Of a stretch of 64,000 nt of DNA, positions 1 to 8,944 are shown piece after piece. The notes beneath the pieces are model-generated. The model worked only from the letters and a program-made list of their open reading frames with translations, ran no database searches and was not told the origin of the DNA. Source of the DNA: an uncultured Clostridia bacterium (lineage in GTDB: Bacteria; Bacillota; Clostridia; Christensenellales; UBA1242); the NCBI GenBank assembly GCA_944377145.1, contig CALWEH010000007.1, positions 91,099 to 155,098 on the forward strand, read 5' to 3'. The position numbers and the translations under genes are program-made. Each line of letters opens with the position of its first letter. Position 1 is the first letter of the stretch.

Positions 1-471
1 TTAATTAATATGCTAGCAAACAATAAAAAAATGGCAAAAACATCTTCAACTCCAGGCAGAACAAGGCTTGTGAATTATTTTGAGATTGATAAAAAACTAT
101 ATTTAGTTGATTTGCCAGGATATGGATTTGCTTTGGCAAGTAAAGAGATTAAAAAGAAGTGGGATAAAGTTCTTGATGATTATTTTAATAATACACATAA
201 TTTAAAACTTGTATTAATGCTAATAGATAGTAGGCATCTTCCTAGTGAGCTTGATATTATGATGTTAAATTATTTAATAGAATTAAATATTCCATATCAA
301 ATTGTTCTTACAAAAATTGACAAACTTTCTAAAAGTCAATTAAATAAAAATATTGAGCAAATATCTAATTATATTAGACATAATAAAAATATGTTTGTAG
401 CTACTAGTGCAGATAAAAAAATAGGGGTAGATAAATTAGAAGAAGTAATTTCAAATGCTATCAATAATTGA
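1..471 (+). CDS. engB: Ribosome-biogenesis GTPase EngB/YsxC, C-terminal part (5' end outside window)
   Basis: The frame is open from nt 1 (..LINMLANNKKMAKTSSTPGRT..). TSSTPGRT, DLPGYG and LTKIDK motifs occur in EngB order. A hairpin terminator follows. Confidence 0.85.
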   Translation, partial: LINMLANNKKMAKTSSTPGRTRLVNYFEIDKKLYLVDLPGYGFALASKEIKKKWDKVLDDYFNNTHNLKLVLMLIDSRHLPSELDIMMLNYLIELNIPYQIVLTKIDKLSKSQLNKNIEQISNYIRHNKNMFVATSADKKIGVDKLEEVISNAINN

Positions 472-508
472 AAAAAAGAGCATATTAAACTTAATATGCT
501 CTTTATTT
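471..508. terminator. Bidirectional intrinsic terminator between convergent engB and the 223-aa gene
   Basis: Inverted repeat AGAGCATATTA / TAATATGCTCT (477-502), flanked by an A-run on the left and a T-run on the right. Confidence 0.7.
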
Positions 509-1180
509 TTACCTGTTGTTATTAGGATTTGAACTTTGAGGTGCTACTGCTGTAGGGAATAATGGCATCTCAAATACTCCTGGACAAACTTCATCTCCTG
601 TAAATGGTGTGCATGGAGGAATTGGAGTGTATCCATAAGATGGAATAATTACATCTACTTCAGCAACTACTTTTAAAATTAAGGTTAAACATAATGTGAT
701 GCTAAAAGTATTATCTCCAACAAAATTTCCTAAAGTGGAAGAAGCGTTTGCAAAAGCTACAACATTTATAGGTGTTATAGCTGGTTGAGGAACATATAAA
801 ATTACGTCTTGGCTTATTGTAACTGTTCCTGTAGCACTTCCAGCTACATTATTGGCATCTGTGTATGTAACTATTACAGGTATGTTCACATCTGCTTGCA
901 CACGTGCAAAATTTGGTCTATCATCAAATCGAGTTATAACTAAATTTGTAACCTGTGCTGGAGCATTTGTGCTATATGTACTTATGTAGTTTAATGGAAA
1001 AGTTGGGTTAGCTGGATTAAAATTTGATACAGTTAATTGATAGTTTTCCAACTGAGCCTGATACATACATGCGTCAAATACTTTTGTTGCTTGAATAGAA
1101 ATTCTTTCACACAAACCATTTAAAGGATTATTTGTTTGGCCAGGGAAAATCCCAGGTCGTGAATCAGTATAAAAAGACAT
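509..1180 (-). CDS. Hypothetical protein, 223 aa, Asn/Pro/Thr/Val-rich with 5 Cys; possible structural (spore or surface?) protein
   Basis: Full ORF with a strong RBS (AGGAGGTAAATAATG on the minus strand) and a terminator directly after the stop. I recognise no enzymatic motif. The function guess is weak. Confidence 0.6.
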   Translation of the reverse strand: MSFYTDSRPGIFPGQTNNPLNGLCERISIQATKVFDACMYQAQLENYQLTVSNFNPANPTFPLNYISTYSTNAPAQVTNLVITRFDDRPNFARVQADVNIPVIVTYTDANNVAGSATGTVTISQDVILYVPQPAITPINVVAFANASSTLGNFVGDNTFSITLCLTLILKVVAEVDVIIPSYGYTPIPPCTPFTGDEVCPGVFEMPLFPTAVAPQSSNPNNNR

Positions 1181-1327
1181 TATTTACCTCCTAATTATAA
1201 TACATACTATGTAAAACTAATTTTTTTTGTGATGCTTCATTTTCTTTTTAGTTAAAGATATTAAAATAGTTGCGTAAATACTTTTAGTTTGATATAATTC
1301 CAATATATGAAAATAAAGGGAATTTAA

Positions 1328-2023
1328 ATGAAGATTTATTCTATATCAGACTTACATCTTGATATTAACAATACTAAACCTATGAGTATATTTGGCCCTG
1401 TTTGGCATAACTATTTGGAAGCTATAGTTGAAGATTGGAATAGTAGAGTTAAAGATGAAGATGTTGTAATATTAGCAGGAGATTTTAGTTGGGCGATGAA
1501 GCTAGAAGAAGTGGTGGCGGATTTAAAATGGCTTGACACTTTGAAAGGCATTAAAATTTTAATTAGAGGAAATCATGATTATTGGTGGAAAAGCCCTAAA
1601 TCAATTAGAGAAATTCTTCCTAAAAATACATATATATTGCAAAATGATGCTTTAAAAATTGGCGAATATATTTTTTGTGGAAATAGAGGTTGGCAGTTGC
1701 CAGAAGGGCAGTATAATAATGAAGAAAATAAAAAAATATATGAGAGGGAAATTATTCGTTTACAATTATCATTAGAAAGTGCAAAAAAGTTGCAAACAAA
1801 CAATGAGAAAATTATATTTATAACTCATTATCCTCCATTTAATTTTAAACGAGAACCAAATAAATTTACTGCAATTTTAGAGGAATATCAAGTATATAAA
1901 GTAGTATTTGGTCATTTACATGGATATATAAATCCTAAAATGTTTTACACTGAAATAAATGGTATAAAATATTATTTAACAAGCTGTGATACAGTTAAAA
2001 ATAGATTGGTAGAAATAGAGTAA
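1328..2023 (+). CDS. Metallophosphoesterase (calcineurin-like phosphoesterase family)
   Basis: SDLHLD, AGDFS, GNHDYW and GHLHG metal-binding motifs in canonical order. Confidence 0.8.
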   Translation: MKIYSISDLHLDINNTKPMSIFGPVWHNYLEAIVEDWNSRVKDEDVVILAGDFSWAMKLEEVVADLKWLDTLKGIKILIRGNHDYWWKSPKSIREILPKNTYILQNDALKIGEYIFCGNRGWQLPEGQYNNEENKKIYEREIIRLQLSLESAKKLQTNNEKIIFITHYPPFNFKREPNKFTAILEEYQVYKVVFGHLHGYINPKMFYTEINGIKYYLTSCDTVKNRLVEIE

Positions 2024-2108
2024 AAGGTGTTTTAAATATTTAAACACTTTTTTTTAAATCGTTATTGACATTTGTAACATTTATGATATAATTGCCATAG
2101 GAAAGAGT

Positions 2109-2600
2109 ATGGCAGATTATATTGTAAATTTATTTCAAGGAATGAGTATATTAACAATCGCATTGTTAAGTGCGGGAGTTTTATTATGTATAGCTGAAAT
2201 ATTCTTGCCTAAAATAGGGATTTCAGGTATATTAGGCATAATACTTATAGTTTCAGGCTTGAGTTCATATTATATAGATGGATATAGCATTAGTCAAATA
2301 ATATGTTTAATTTCCTTTATAGCTCTTTTGCTGGTAATATTTATATGCTTTGAATTGATTTTAGAAGCCAAGGGGGTTATTAAAAATCCAAATAGATATA
2401 AATTTCGTACATATTTAAACAATCCTTTGGAAGATATGGTAGGGAATGTTGGAAAAGCTATTACAAATATAGATTTAGGTGGAACAATAGAGATTAACGG
2501 CGAATTGTACTATGCTATAAGTAATGAACCTATTGCCATAGGGAAAATAGTGCAAGTAATAGGGGTGCAAAATAATAGTTTGATAGTAAAAGCACAGTAG
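2109..2600 (+). CDS. nfeD: NfeD-family membrane protein (YqeZ-like partner of flotillin)
   Basis: N-terminal TM helices plus a C-terminal OB-like segment (GKAITNIDLGGTIEINGELY). It lies directly upstream of floA, as in B. subtilis yqeZ-yqfA. Confidence 0.75.
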   Translation: MADYIVNLFQGMSILTIALLSAGVLLCIAEIFLPKIGISGILGIILIVSGLSSYYIDGYSISQIICLISFIALLLVIFICFELILEAKGVIKNPNRYKFRTYLNNPLEDMVGNVGKAITNIDLGGTIEINGELYYAISNEPIAIGKIVQVIGVQNNSLIVKAQ

Positions 2601-2608
2601 GAGTTGTT

Positions 2609-3634
2609 ATGAGTTTATTGAGTTTAGCGTTTTATTGGTGGATATTAATTGGTTTAGCTATAGCTTTAATTGTGGCTTTAATTGTTGTTATTATTATATT
2701 AGTGCCTATGCAAACATGGTTTAGAGCATTAGTATCAGGTGCTCATATTGGCATGTTAAGGCTTGTAGGTATGAAGCTTAGAAAAGTGGATTACAAAAAA
2801 ATTGTAAATCAATATATTTTAGCTCGTAAAGCAGGAATAAAAATTTCTGATAATGAGATAGAGACTCATATAATGGCTGGCGGAAATGTTGAAAGAGTAG
2901 TAGAAGCTTTAATAGCCGCACATAGTGCTCAGCTAGACTTAACTATAGAAGAGGCAATGGCTATAGACCTTGCAGGACGAGATGTAGTATTAGCAGTGCA
3001 AACAAGCGTTAAACCAAGAGTAATAAAAACAGATAGAATTTCAGCTATTGCTAAAAATGGAATAGAGGTAAAAGTAATAGCACAAGTTACTATAAAGGCT
3101 CAACTTGATAGAATAATTGGTGGAGCTGATGAAGAGACTATTTTGGCTCGTGTTGGAGAAAGTGTGGTGTCTTCAGTGGGTAGATCAGAAAATCACTATG
3201 CTATTATGGCAAATCCATCTTTAATTTCCAAAAGCATGGATCCAAGAGAAATAGATAAAGGCACAGCTTTTGAGATTATGTCTATAGATATTTGTGATAT
3301 TGATGTGGGAGAAAATATTGGCGCTAAACTTAGAATAGATGAAGCTGATGCGAAAAAGAAAATTTCTCAAGCTGCGGCTGAAGAGCGTAAAGCGCAAGCC
3401 ATAGCTCATGAACAAGAAATGAGAGCTAAAACTCAAGAAATGAAAGCTGTGGTATTGGCAGCTGAGTCAGAAGTGCATAAAGCCATGGCAAATGCTTTAA
3501 AGTCTGGTAAATTAGGCGTTATGGATTATTATAAAATGCAAAATGTTCAGGCTGATACTAACATGAGAAATTCTTTTAGCAATAAAGATAAAGATGGAAG
3601 ACCTCTCGATCGACCGGAACGTAATGGAATATAG
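2609..3634 (+). CDS. floA: Flotillin-like protein FloA (YqfA, UPF0365)
   Basis: Strong similarity along the whole length to B. subtilis FloA as I recall it (..WFRALVSGAHIGMLRLVGMKLRKV.., AGGNVERVVEALIAAH, GTAFEIMSIDI.DIDVG, GVMDYYKMQN). Confidence 0.9.
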   Translation: MSLLSLAFYWWILIGLAIALIVALIVVIIILVPMQTWFRALVSGAHIGMLRLVGMKLRKVDYKKIVNQYILARKAGIKISDNEIETHIMAGGNVERVVEALIAAHSAQLDLTIEEAMAIDLAGRDVVLAVQTSVKPRVIKTDRISAIAKNGIEVKVIAQVTIKAQLDRIIGGADEETILARVGESVVSSVGRSENHYAIMANPSLISKSMDPREIDKGTAFEIMSIDICDIDVGENIGAKLRIDEADAKKKISQAAAEERKAQAIAHEQEMRAKTQEMKAVVLAAESEVHKAMANALKSGKLGVMDYYKMQNVQADTNMRNSFSNKDKDGRPLDRPERNGI

Positions 3635-3637
3635 TGT

Positions 3638-4201
3638 ATGTTTATATTGATTATTGTAACTGCAGTAACTGTATTAATAGCTTTAATTGCTGTAAAAATA
3701 ATTAAAGCTATGTTAAAAGCTGAAAAAGAAAGTAATAAACAACAAACTAATAAGCAAGAGAGTGAAAATAATAATTTAAATACACCAGAATTAGATATTG
3801 ATAAGCCTATAGTAGAAGATTCTAGTTCTAATATAGATACGAGTGTAGATACGAATTCTCCTGAGATTTCAAAAGAAGATTGGGAAGAATTTAATGCAAA
3901 AATGAGAGAGTTCGATTCTTTAATGGCAGATGGCGGATTTACAGATCATGAAGATGAAGAGTTTTTTGATTATAGCAAACATTTAAGAAATAGAAAAAAT
4001 AATGTTAAACCTCCTGTTCAAATGGATTTAGAAGGAGATTTGGCAGATAATTTTGTATATGAGCCTAGTGCTCCAGAATTAAGCTATTTAAATACTCATA
4101 GGCAAAGGAATATTAAGAAATCTACAAAAACATCACTTAATAACTTGCCAGATGAAATTAAAGTGCTTATGATTAGCAATTTATTTGATAAAAAGTTTTA
4201 A
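3638..4201 (+). CDS. Hypothetical membrane-anchored acidic protein (occupies the yqfB position)
   Basis: ORF with one N-terminal TM helix followed by a low-complexity acidic region. It starts 4 nt after the floA stop. Confidence 0.5.
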   Translation: MFILIIVTAVTVLIALIAVKIIKAMLKAEKESNKQQTNKQESENNNLNTPELDIDKPIVEDSSSNIDTSVDTNSPEISKEDWEEFNAKMREFDSLMADGGFTDHEDEEFFDYSKHLRNRKNNVKPPVQMDLEGDLADNFVYEPSAPELSYLNTHRQRNIKKSTKTSLNNLPDEIKVLMISNLFDKKF

Positions 4202-4254
4202 AAGTGCTAAAGGTATTTAGCATTTTTTTTGTTAAATTTAATATATTTATATAT

Positions 4255-4512
4255 ATGTTATTAGATGAATTAGATAATTATGTAACCAAAGAATTGGGTA
4301 TTACACTTAAAGAATATAGATATATAAATATTGGCGGTAAAATGGTGTATTTAGAAGGGCAAAAGGGTATAGTTACTTTAAATAAAGAAGAGGTAAGTTT
4401 TAAATTACATAAAAAAGTGTGTTCTATAAAAGGAGTGGATTTATATATAAAATATTACGATAGTTCAACAGCTTTGGTTTGTGGAAATATAATATCGGTG
4501 GTAGTAATATGA
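4255..4512 (+). CDS. yqfC: Sporulation protein YqfC (YabP family)
   Basis: About 85-aa YabP-like beta-rich sequence (GKMVYLEGQKGIVTLNKEEVSFKL..IKGVDLYIKYY). Synteny is floA-yqfC-yqfD. The start is uncertain: the ORF track uses GTG at 4204, and I prefer ATG at 4255. Confidence 0.65.
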   Translation: MLLDELDNYVTKELGITLKEYRYINIGGKMVYLEGQKGIVTLNKEEVSFKLHKKVCSIKGVDLYIKYYDSSTALVCGNIISVVVI

Positions 4513-5609
4513 AAATTCTTATTCGTTTACATGTAATAGGATATAATTTAGATCAGTTAATAAATAAAATATATTCTTTAAACATTGTGTGTTATAATAT
4601 ATATAAAATAGATAAAAATAAAATTAAATTTAGTATTCATTATAAAGATTTTAAAAAAGTTAAACCATTATTAAAATCTTATGAATATCATATAAATTAT
4701 TTAGGACTAGCTAATTTTAAAAATTGGTTTTTAAAAAATTTAGCAATAATTTTAATTATTCCTATTGCCCTTGGTGCAATTATTTTTTCTACTAAATATA
4801 TATGGGATATTAAAATTTATGGTGGAGATAATGAATTAAATAGTTCAGTTTTTAATATATTAAAAGAAAATAATGTAGAAGTAGGTAAAAGAATAAGTAT
4901 AACTAGCGATGATATAGAAGATATTTTAATAAATCAATTACCAAATATAGCTCAAGTTAGCTGTATTAAAAGGGGTACAACTTTTATAATAAACATTAGT
5001 AAAAAATTAGTATATACTCCTGAAAGTTTTGAGCCAATTAGAGCAAGGTTTGATGGAGTTGTTACTGATTTTTCATTAATTTCTGGAACTATGGCAGTAA
5101 GTGTAGGGGATTTTGTAAAGCAAGGGGATATTTTAGTATATCCATTTATAGCAGATAAAAATGGAGTGCAAACTTCAGTTAATCCTATAGCAGAAGTAAA
5201 TGCTACAGCTTATGTGGTAGGTAGCTCTCAATTAGCTGCTTCAACTGTCGTATTGGCACGAACAGGAAAGCAATACACCACATCTAGTATTATGTTTTTA
5301 AATAAAAATTTATTTTCAAAAAAATCTATAAAACCATTTGCTCTTTATGAAACGAGCGTGTATAATGAAAATATAAGTAGTGTATTGCCTATAGTTAAAT
5401 CAAAAATCACATATTATGAACTTGATTATATTGTAGTTGAAAACGATTTAGCTGAAAATAGGGAAAAAGTAGAGCAGGAAAGTGAAATGAATGCTTATAA
5501 TAATTTACCTGAAAATAGCAAAATCTTAGATAAGCAAACTACAAGCATTATAGTTCAAGATTGCCTATATTCTACCACTACTTTGACTATATCTACAATT
5601 ATTTCATAA
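4509..5609 (+). CDS. yqfD: Sporulation protein YqfD
   Basis: Size, a central TM helix and its position after yqfC match YqfD. ATG 4509 is preceded by GGTGG and overlaps the yqfC stop. Confidence 0.7.
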   Translation: MKILIRLHVIGYNLDQLINKIYSLNIVCYNIYKIDKNKIKFSIHYKDFKKVKPLLKSYEYHINYLGLANFKNWFLKNLAIILIIPIALGAIIFSTKYIWDIKIYGGDNELNSSVFNILKENNVEVGKRISITSDDIEDILINQLPNIAQVSCIKRGTTFIINISKKLVYTPESFEPIRARFDGVVTDFSLISGTMAVSVGDFVKQGDILVYPFIADKNGVQTSVNPIAEVNATAYVVGSSQLAASTVVLARTGKQYTTSSIMFLNKNLFSKKSIKPFALYETSVYNENISSVLPIVKSKITYYELDYIVVENDLAENREKVEQESEMNAYNNLPENSKILDKQTTSIIVQDCLYSTTTLTISTIIS

Positions 5610-5623
5610 CAAAAGGGAAGAGT

Positions 5624-6115
5624 ATGCTAAATGTACAATCTAAAATTCGCACATTTGATTTATCCGTTGTACCAAGTTTAAAAAAGGTATTAAATACTGC
5701 TTTACAAATATTAAATCAACATTGCGAAAATTTAAAATTTAATCTATACATTGTATCTAAAGATTTTATTCACAATTTAAATTTTACTGAGCGTGGAGTA
5801 GATAAAGCTACTGATGTGTTAAGTTTTCCCAATATCAATGTGAAAGCTGGTGAAATAATAGATATTAATAACTATAAACTAGATGTTGATTATGAAGATA
5901 ACAGTTTATTAATAGGTGAAATATTTATATGTAATGATATAGCTAAAAAACAAGCTGTTAAATATGGACATAGTTATACACGAGAAATTTGCTTTTTATT
6001 TCTTCATGGTATACTACATTGTTTAGGATATGACCATATTAAAGATGCTGATAGAATAATTATGGAAAGATTGCAAACAGAAATACTTAATAAATGTGAT
6101 ATAACTAGAGATTAG
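5624..6115 (+). CDS. ybeY: Endoribonuclease YbeY (rRNA maturation)
   Basis: HGILHCLGYDH zinc-binding signature. RBS GGGAAGAG lies before ATG 5624. Confidence 0.9.
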   Translation: MLNVQSKIRTFDLSVVPSLKKVLNTALQILNQHCENLKFNLYIVSKDFIHNLNFTERGVDKATDVLSFPNINVKAGEIIDINNYKLDVDYEDNSLLIGEIFICNDIAKKQAVKYGHSYTREICFLFLHGILHCLGYDHIKDADRIIMERLQTEILNKCDITRD

Positions 6116-6132
6116 GAGTGAGATAAATATAA

Positions 6133-7029
6133 ATGGAATTTAAGTGCGGATATGTAACTATAATAGGAAATACAAATGTTGGGAAAAGTACACTTTTAAA
6201 CAAAATAATTGGAGAAAAAGTGGCAATTATTTCACCTAAAGCACAAACTTCGAGAGATAATACTTTAGGGATATATAATGATGATAATTCTCAAATAATA
6301 TTTATCGACACTCCAGGTTATCATAAGTTGGAACATAAATTAGATTCATATATGCAAGAAAATATTGATACAGCAATAAATGGAGATGTTGATGTACTGT
6401 TATATGTAATAGATGGGAAAAAACCATTAGTAGAACAATATGAAAAGTTGATGAATAAAGGAGATAAGAGAAGTAAAAAGATTTTAGTTATTAATAAAAT
6501 TGATGATACAACCTTTGAAAAATTATATCCTCAGTTAAATGAATTAAATAAAGTATGTAAAACTGATGAAATATTGCCAATATCAGCTCTAACAGGTAAA
6601 AATGTAGATGTATTGATAGAAATGATAAAAAAATATTTACCAACTTATGATTATGAAATGAGATATTATCCTAAAGAACAATTTACAGATAAAAATGTAC
6701 GATATTTGTCAGCAGAGATTATAAGAGAGAAAATTTTATTATTATATAATGAAGAAATTCCTCATGGTGTGGCTGTACAGATAACTCAGTTTGACGAAAC
6801 TAGTGAAATTGTTAAAATTAGTGCAGATATATATTGTGAGAAAGAATCTCATAAAATGATTATAATAGGTAAAAATGGAGAAGCTATAAAAAAATTATCC
6901 ACCATCTCACGCATTGCTATTGAAAAGATGTTAGATGCAAAAGTGTATTTGGATTTGTTCGTTAAGGTTAAACCTAATTGGAGAACTGATAATTTAATTT
7001 TAGAAGAATTTGGTTATACAAACAAATAA
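6133..7029 (+). CDS. era: GTPase Era
   Basis: GNTNVGKST (G1), DTPG (G3), NKID (G4) and a C-terminal KH domain (IIIGKNGEAIKKL). Confidence 0.95.
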   Translation: MEFKCGYVTIIGNTNVGKSTLLNKIIGEKVAIISPKAQTSRDNTLGIYNDDNSQIIFIDTPGYHKLEHKLDSYMQENIDTAINGDVDVLLYVIDGKKPLVEQYEKLMNKGDKRSKKILVINKIDDTTFEKLYPQLNELNKVCKTDEILPISALTGKNVDVLIEMIKKYLPTYDYEMRYYPKEQFTDKNVRYLSAEIIREKILLLYNEEIPHGVAVQITQFDETSEIVKISADIYCEKESHKMIIIGKNGEAIKKLSTISRIAIEKMLDAKVYLDLFVKVKPNWRTDNLILEEFGYTNK

Positions 7030-7042
7030 AAGGAGATAATTT

Positions 7043-7933
7043 ATGTTTTTAGAAAAATTTATATTGCCTACAGCTCAGCAGGAAGAAAATGTTATACATG
7101 GGGCATATAAGAATCCTTTTATAGAAAATGCTTATCCTTTTGGAGTATTTGCAGAAAAACAATTAACAGAACTTGATTTTACAAATATCACTATAATATA
7201 TGGAGGAAATGGCTCTGGAAAAAGTACTTTATTAAATCTAATATCTCAAACATTACATTTAAAGAGAGATGCACCATTTAATAATAGCGAATTATTTGAT
7301 TTGTATGTAAAACAATGTAAATATAGAATGAGTTTTAACGATTTTGGAGAAGTGCAAAATTTGCCTGATGGAAGTTCTTATATTTGTAGTGATGATGTGT
7401 TTGAATATATGCTGTCAGTTAGAGATAATAATGAATTTGTAGAAAATAAAAAACATAATGTTTCACAAGATTGGCTTGAAAAGCGTTATGGTGAAAGTAT
7501 AAGATTTAATAGTATGGAGGATTATGAAGATGTAAAAACTCAGCTTTTAGCAAGAAGAAAAAGCGTTTCATTAAAAAAATATTTAAACAAAGCTGTCGAG
7601 AATAAAATTAGACTAAAAAGCAATGGGGAAACAGCATTAAAATTTTTTAAAACAAAGTTAAAAGATGATACCTTATACTGTTTAGATGAACCAGAAAATA
7701 GCTTATCTCCAAAATTGCAAATGGAGCTAGCTCAAGATATTCAAAATTTGGCAAAATATTGCGGGTGTCAGTTTATAATTGCTACACATTCACCATTTTT
7801 GTTAGCTATAAATAATGCAAAAATATATGATTTAGATAGTAATCCTGTTGAAATTAAAAAATGGTGGGAGTTAGAAAATTGTAGAATTTATTTCGAATTT
7901 TTTGAACAAAATAAAAGATACTTTCAAAGTTAA
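7043..7933 (+). CDS. Stand-alone ABC/RecF-like AAA ATPase
   Basis: Walker A GGNGSGKST, Walker B LYCLDEPENSLSP and H-loop ATHSPFL. There is no TM or nuclease domain and no partner gene. Confidence 0.75.
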   Translation: MFLEKFILPTAQQEENVIHGAYKNPFIENAYPFGVFAEKQLTELDFTNITIIYGGNGSGKSTLLNLISQTLHLKRDAPFNNSELFDLYVKQCKYRMSFNDFGEVQNLPDGSSYICSDDVFEYMLSVRDNNEFVENKKHNVSQDWLEKRYGESIRFNSMEDYEDVKTQLLARRKSVSLKKYLNKAVENKIRLKSNGETALKFFKTKLKDDTLYCLDEPENSLSPKLQMELAQDIQNLAKYCGCQFIIATHSPFLLAINNAKIYDLDSNPVEIKKWWELENCRIYFEFFEQNKRYFQS

Positions 7934-7980
7934 GTTGAATAAATCAATTTTAAAATCATAAAATATATTAAGGAGGATAT

Positions 7981-8184
7981 ATGGAAAATATTGAAAAAGT
8001 TTTAAATGGGGAATATAACAATCCTAAATTGGATAGGTATATGGCTAATTTATTAAATGTTTCTATTCTTTCCTTGGATATGTCCGCTTATATGAATGTT
8101 ATGAAATTGAGAGAAAAAATAATAGAATATGACTACCTTGAAAAACAATTTAATTCTAATAAGGAGAATGATTTAGGACTTTAA
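7981..8184 (+). CDS. Small hypothetical protein (positional equivalent of yqzL upstream of recO)
   Basis: RBS AAGGAGG lies before the ATG. The stop overlaps the recO ATG (TAATG), which suggests translational coupling. Confidence 0.5.
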   Translation: MENIEKVLNGEYNNPKLDRYMANLLNVSILSLDMSAYMNVMKLREKIIEYDYLEKQFNSNKENDLGL

Positions 8185-8840
8185 TGTATACTAAGGTTAA
8201 AGGAGTTGTTTTAAACACTAAAGATTATAAGGAAGCAGATAAAATTGCTTCCATTTTTTCGTATGAATATGGAATAATTAGTGCAAAATTTGTAGGAGTT
8301 AGAAAAGAAAAAGCAAAGTTAAAGTCTTTAGCGCAACCTTTTACATTGGCAGAATTTGAACTTATAAATAAAAAGGATTTTAATATTGTAAAACAAGGTC
8401 TTGTAATGGATAGTTTTCCATTAATAATTAATGATTATAATAAAACAATTTGTGCCTTTATTTTAATAGATATTATAAAAAGTATAGTTCCTATAAACAA
8501 ACCTGAACAGGATTTATTTTTATTAACAGTAAACTCTTTAAAACAAATTGAGCAAGAAGATGGATATCAGGCTTTAATTGAATTTATAATAAACTTTGAA
8601 AAAATTATGGGAGAGAGTTTGAATATATTTACACCAAATCAAAAAGTGTATTTAGATAAAATTGTAGGAGATTTTGTTCCAACACCAAATCATCATACTG
8701 TAGAGATTGATAAAAAAGTATTTAATGCTCTTATAGTTCCTACAACAAATGATTTAACAAAAAAGTCTTGCTTAAAATTGTTAAATACAATTCTTTCTAT
8801 TAAATATGATGTAGATATTAAATCTTTTAGTTTTTTATAA
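8184..8840 (+). CDS. recO: DNA repair protein RecO
   Basis: N-terminal OB-fold pattern (VKGVVLNTKDYKEADKIASIF) and position after era. Confidence 0.8.
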   Translation: MYTKVKGVVLNTKDYKEADKIASIFSYEYGIISAKFVGVRKEKAKLKSLAQPFTLAEFELINKKDFNIVKQGLVMDSFPLIINDYNKTICAFILIDIIKSIVPINKPEQDLFLLTVNSLKQIEQEDGYQALIEFIINFEKIMGESLNIFTPNQKVYLDKIVGDFVPTPNHHTVEIDKKVFNALIVPTTNDLTKKSCLKLLNTILSIKYDVDIKSFSFL

Positions 8841-8944
8841 TTCAATATATTAAATTAAGTTTAATTAAATTTAGCTAACATGCTTAAATTTAGTTGCTTT
8901 TTTTTATAAAGTTTTGTATTATAAAAAGGTTAAAAGGAGAATGT

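Noticed and set aside
8894-8944. Upstream-extended starts given by the ORF track (ppdK 8894; also 4204, 4479, 5561, 29000, 31521, 31856, 45079, 46979, 51466, 60351, 60845)
   Set aside because: Except for yqfC (ATG 4255, no RBS upstream; its start stays uncertain), the internal start codons have proper RBS spacing, and all match the conserved N-termini of the families. The extensions are hydrophobic or low-complexity read-through of intergenic DNA.
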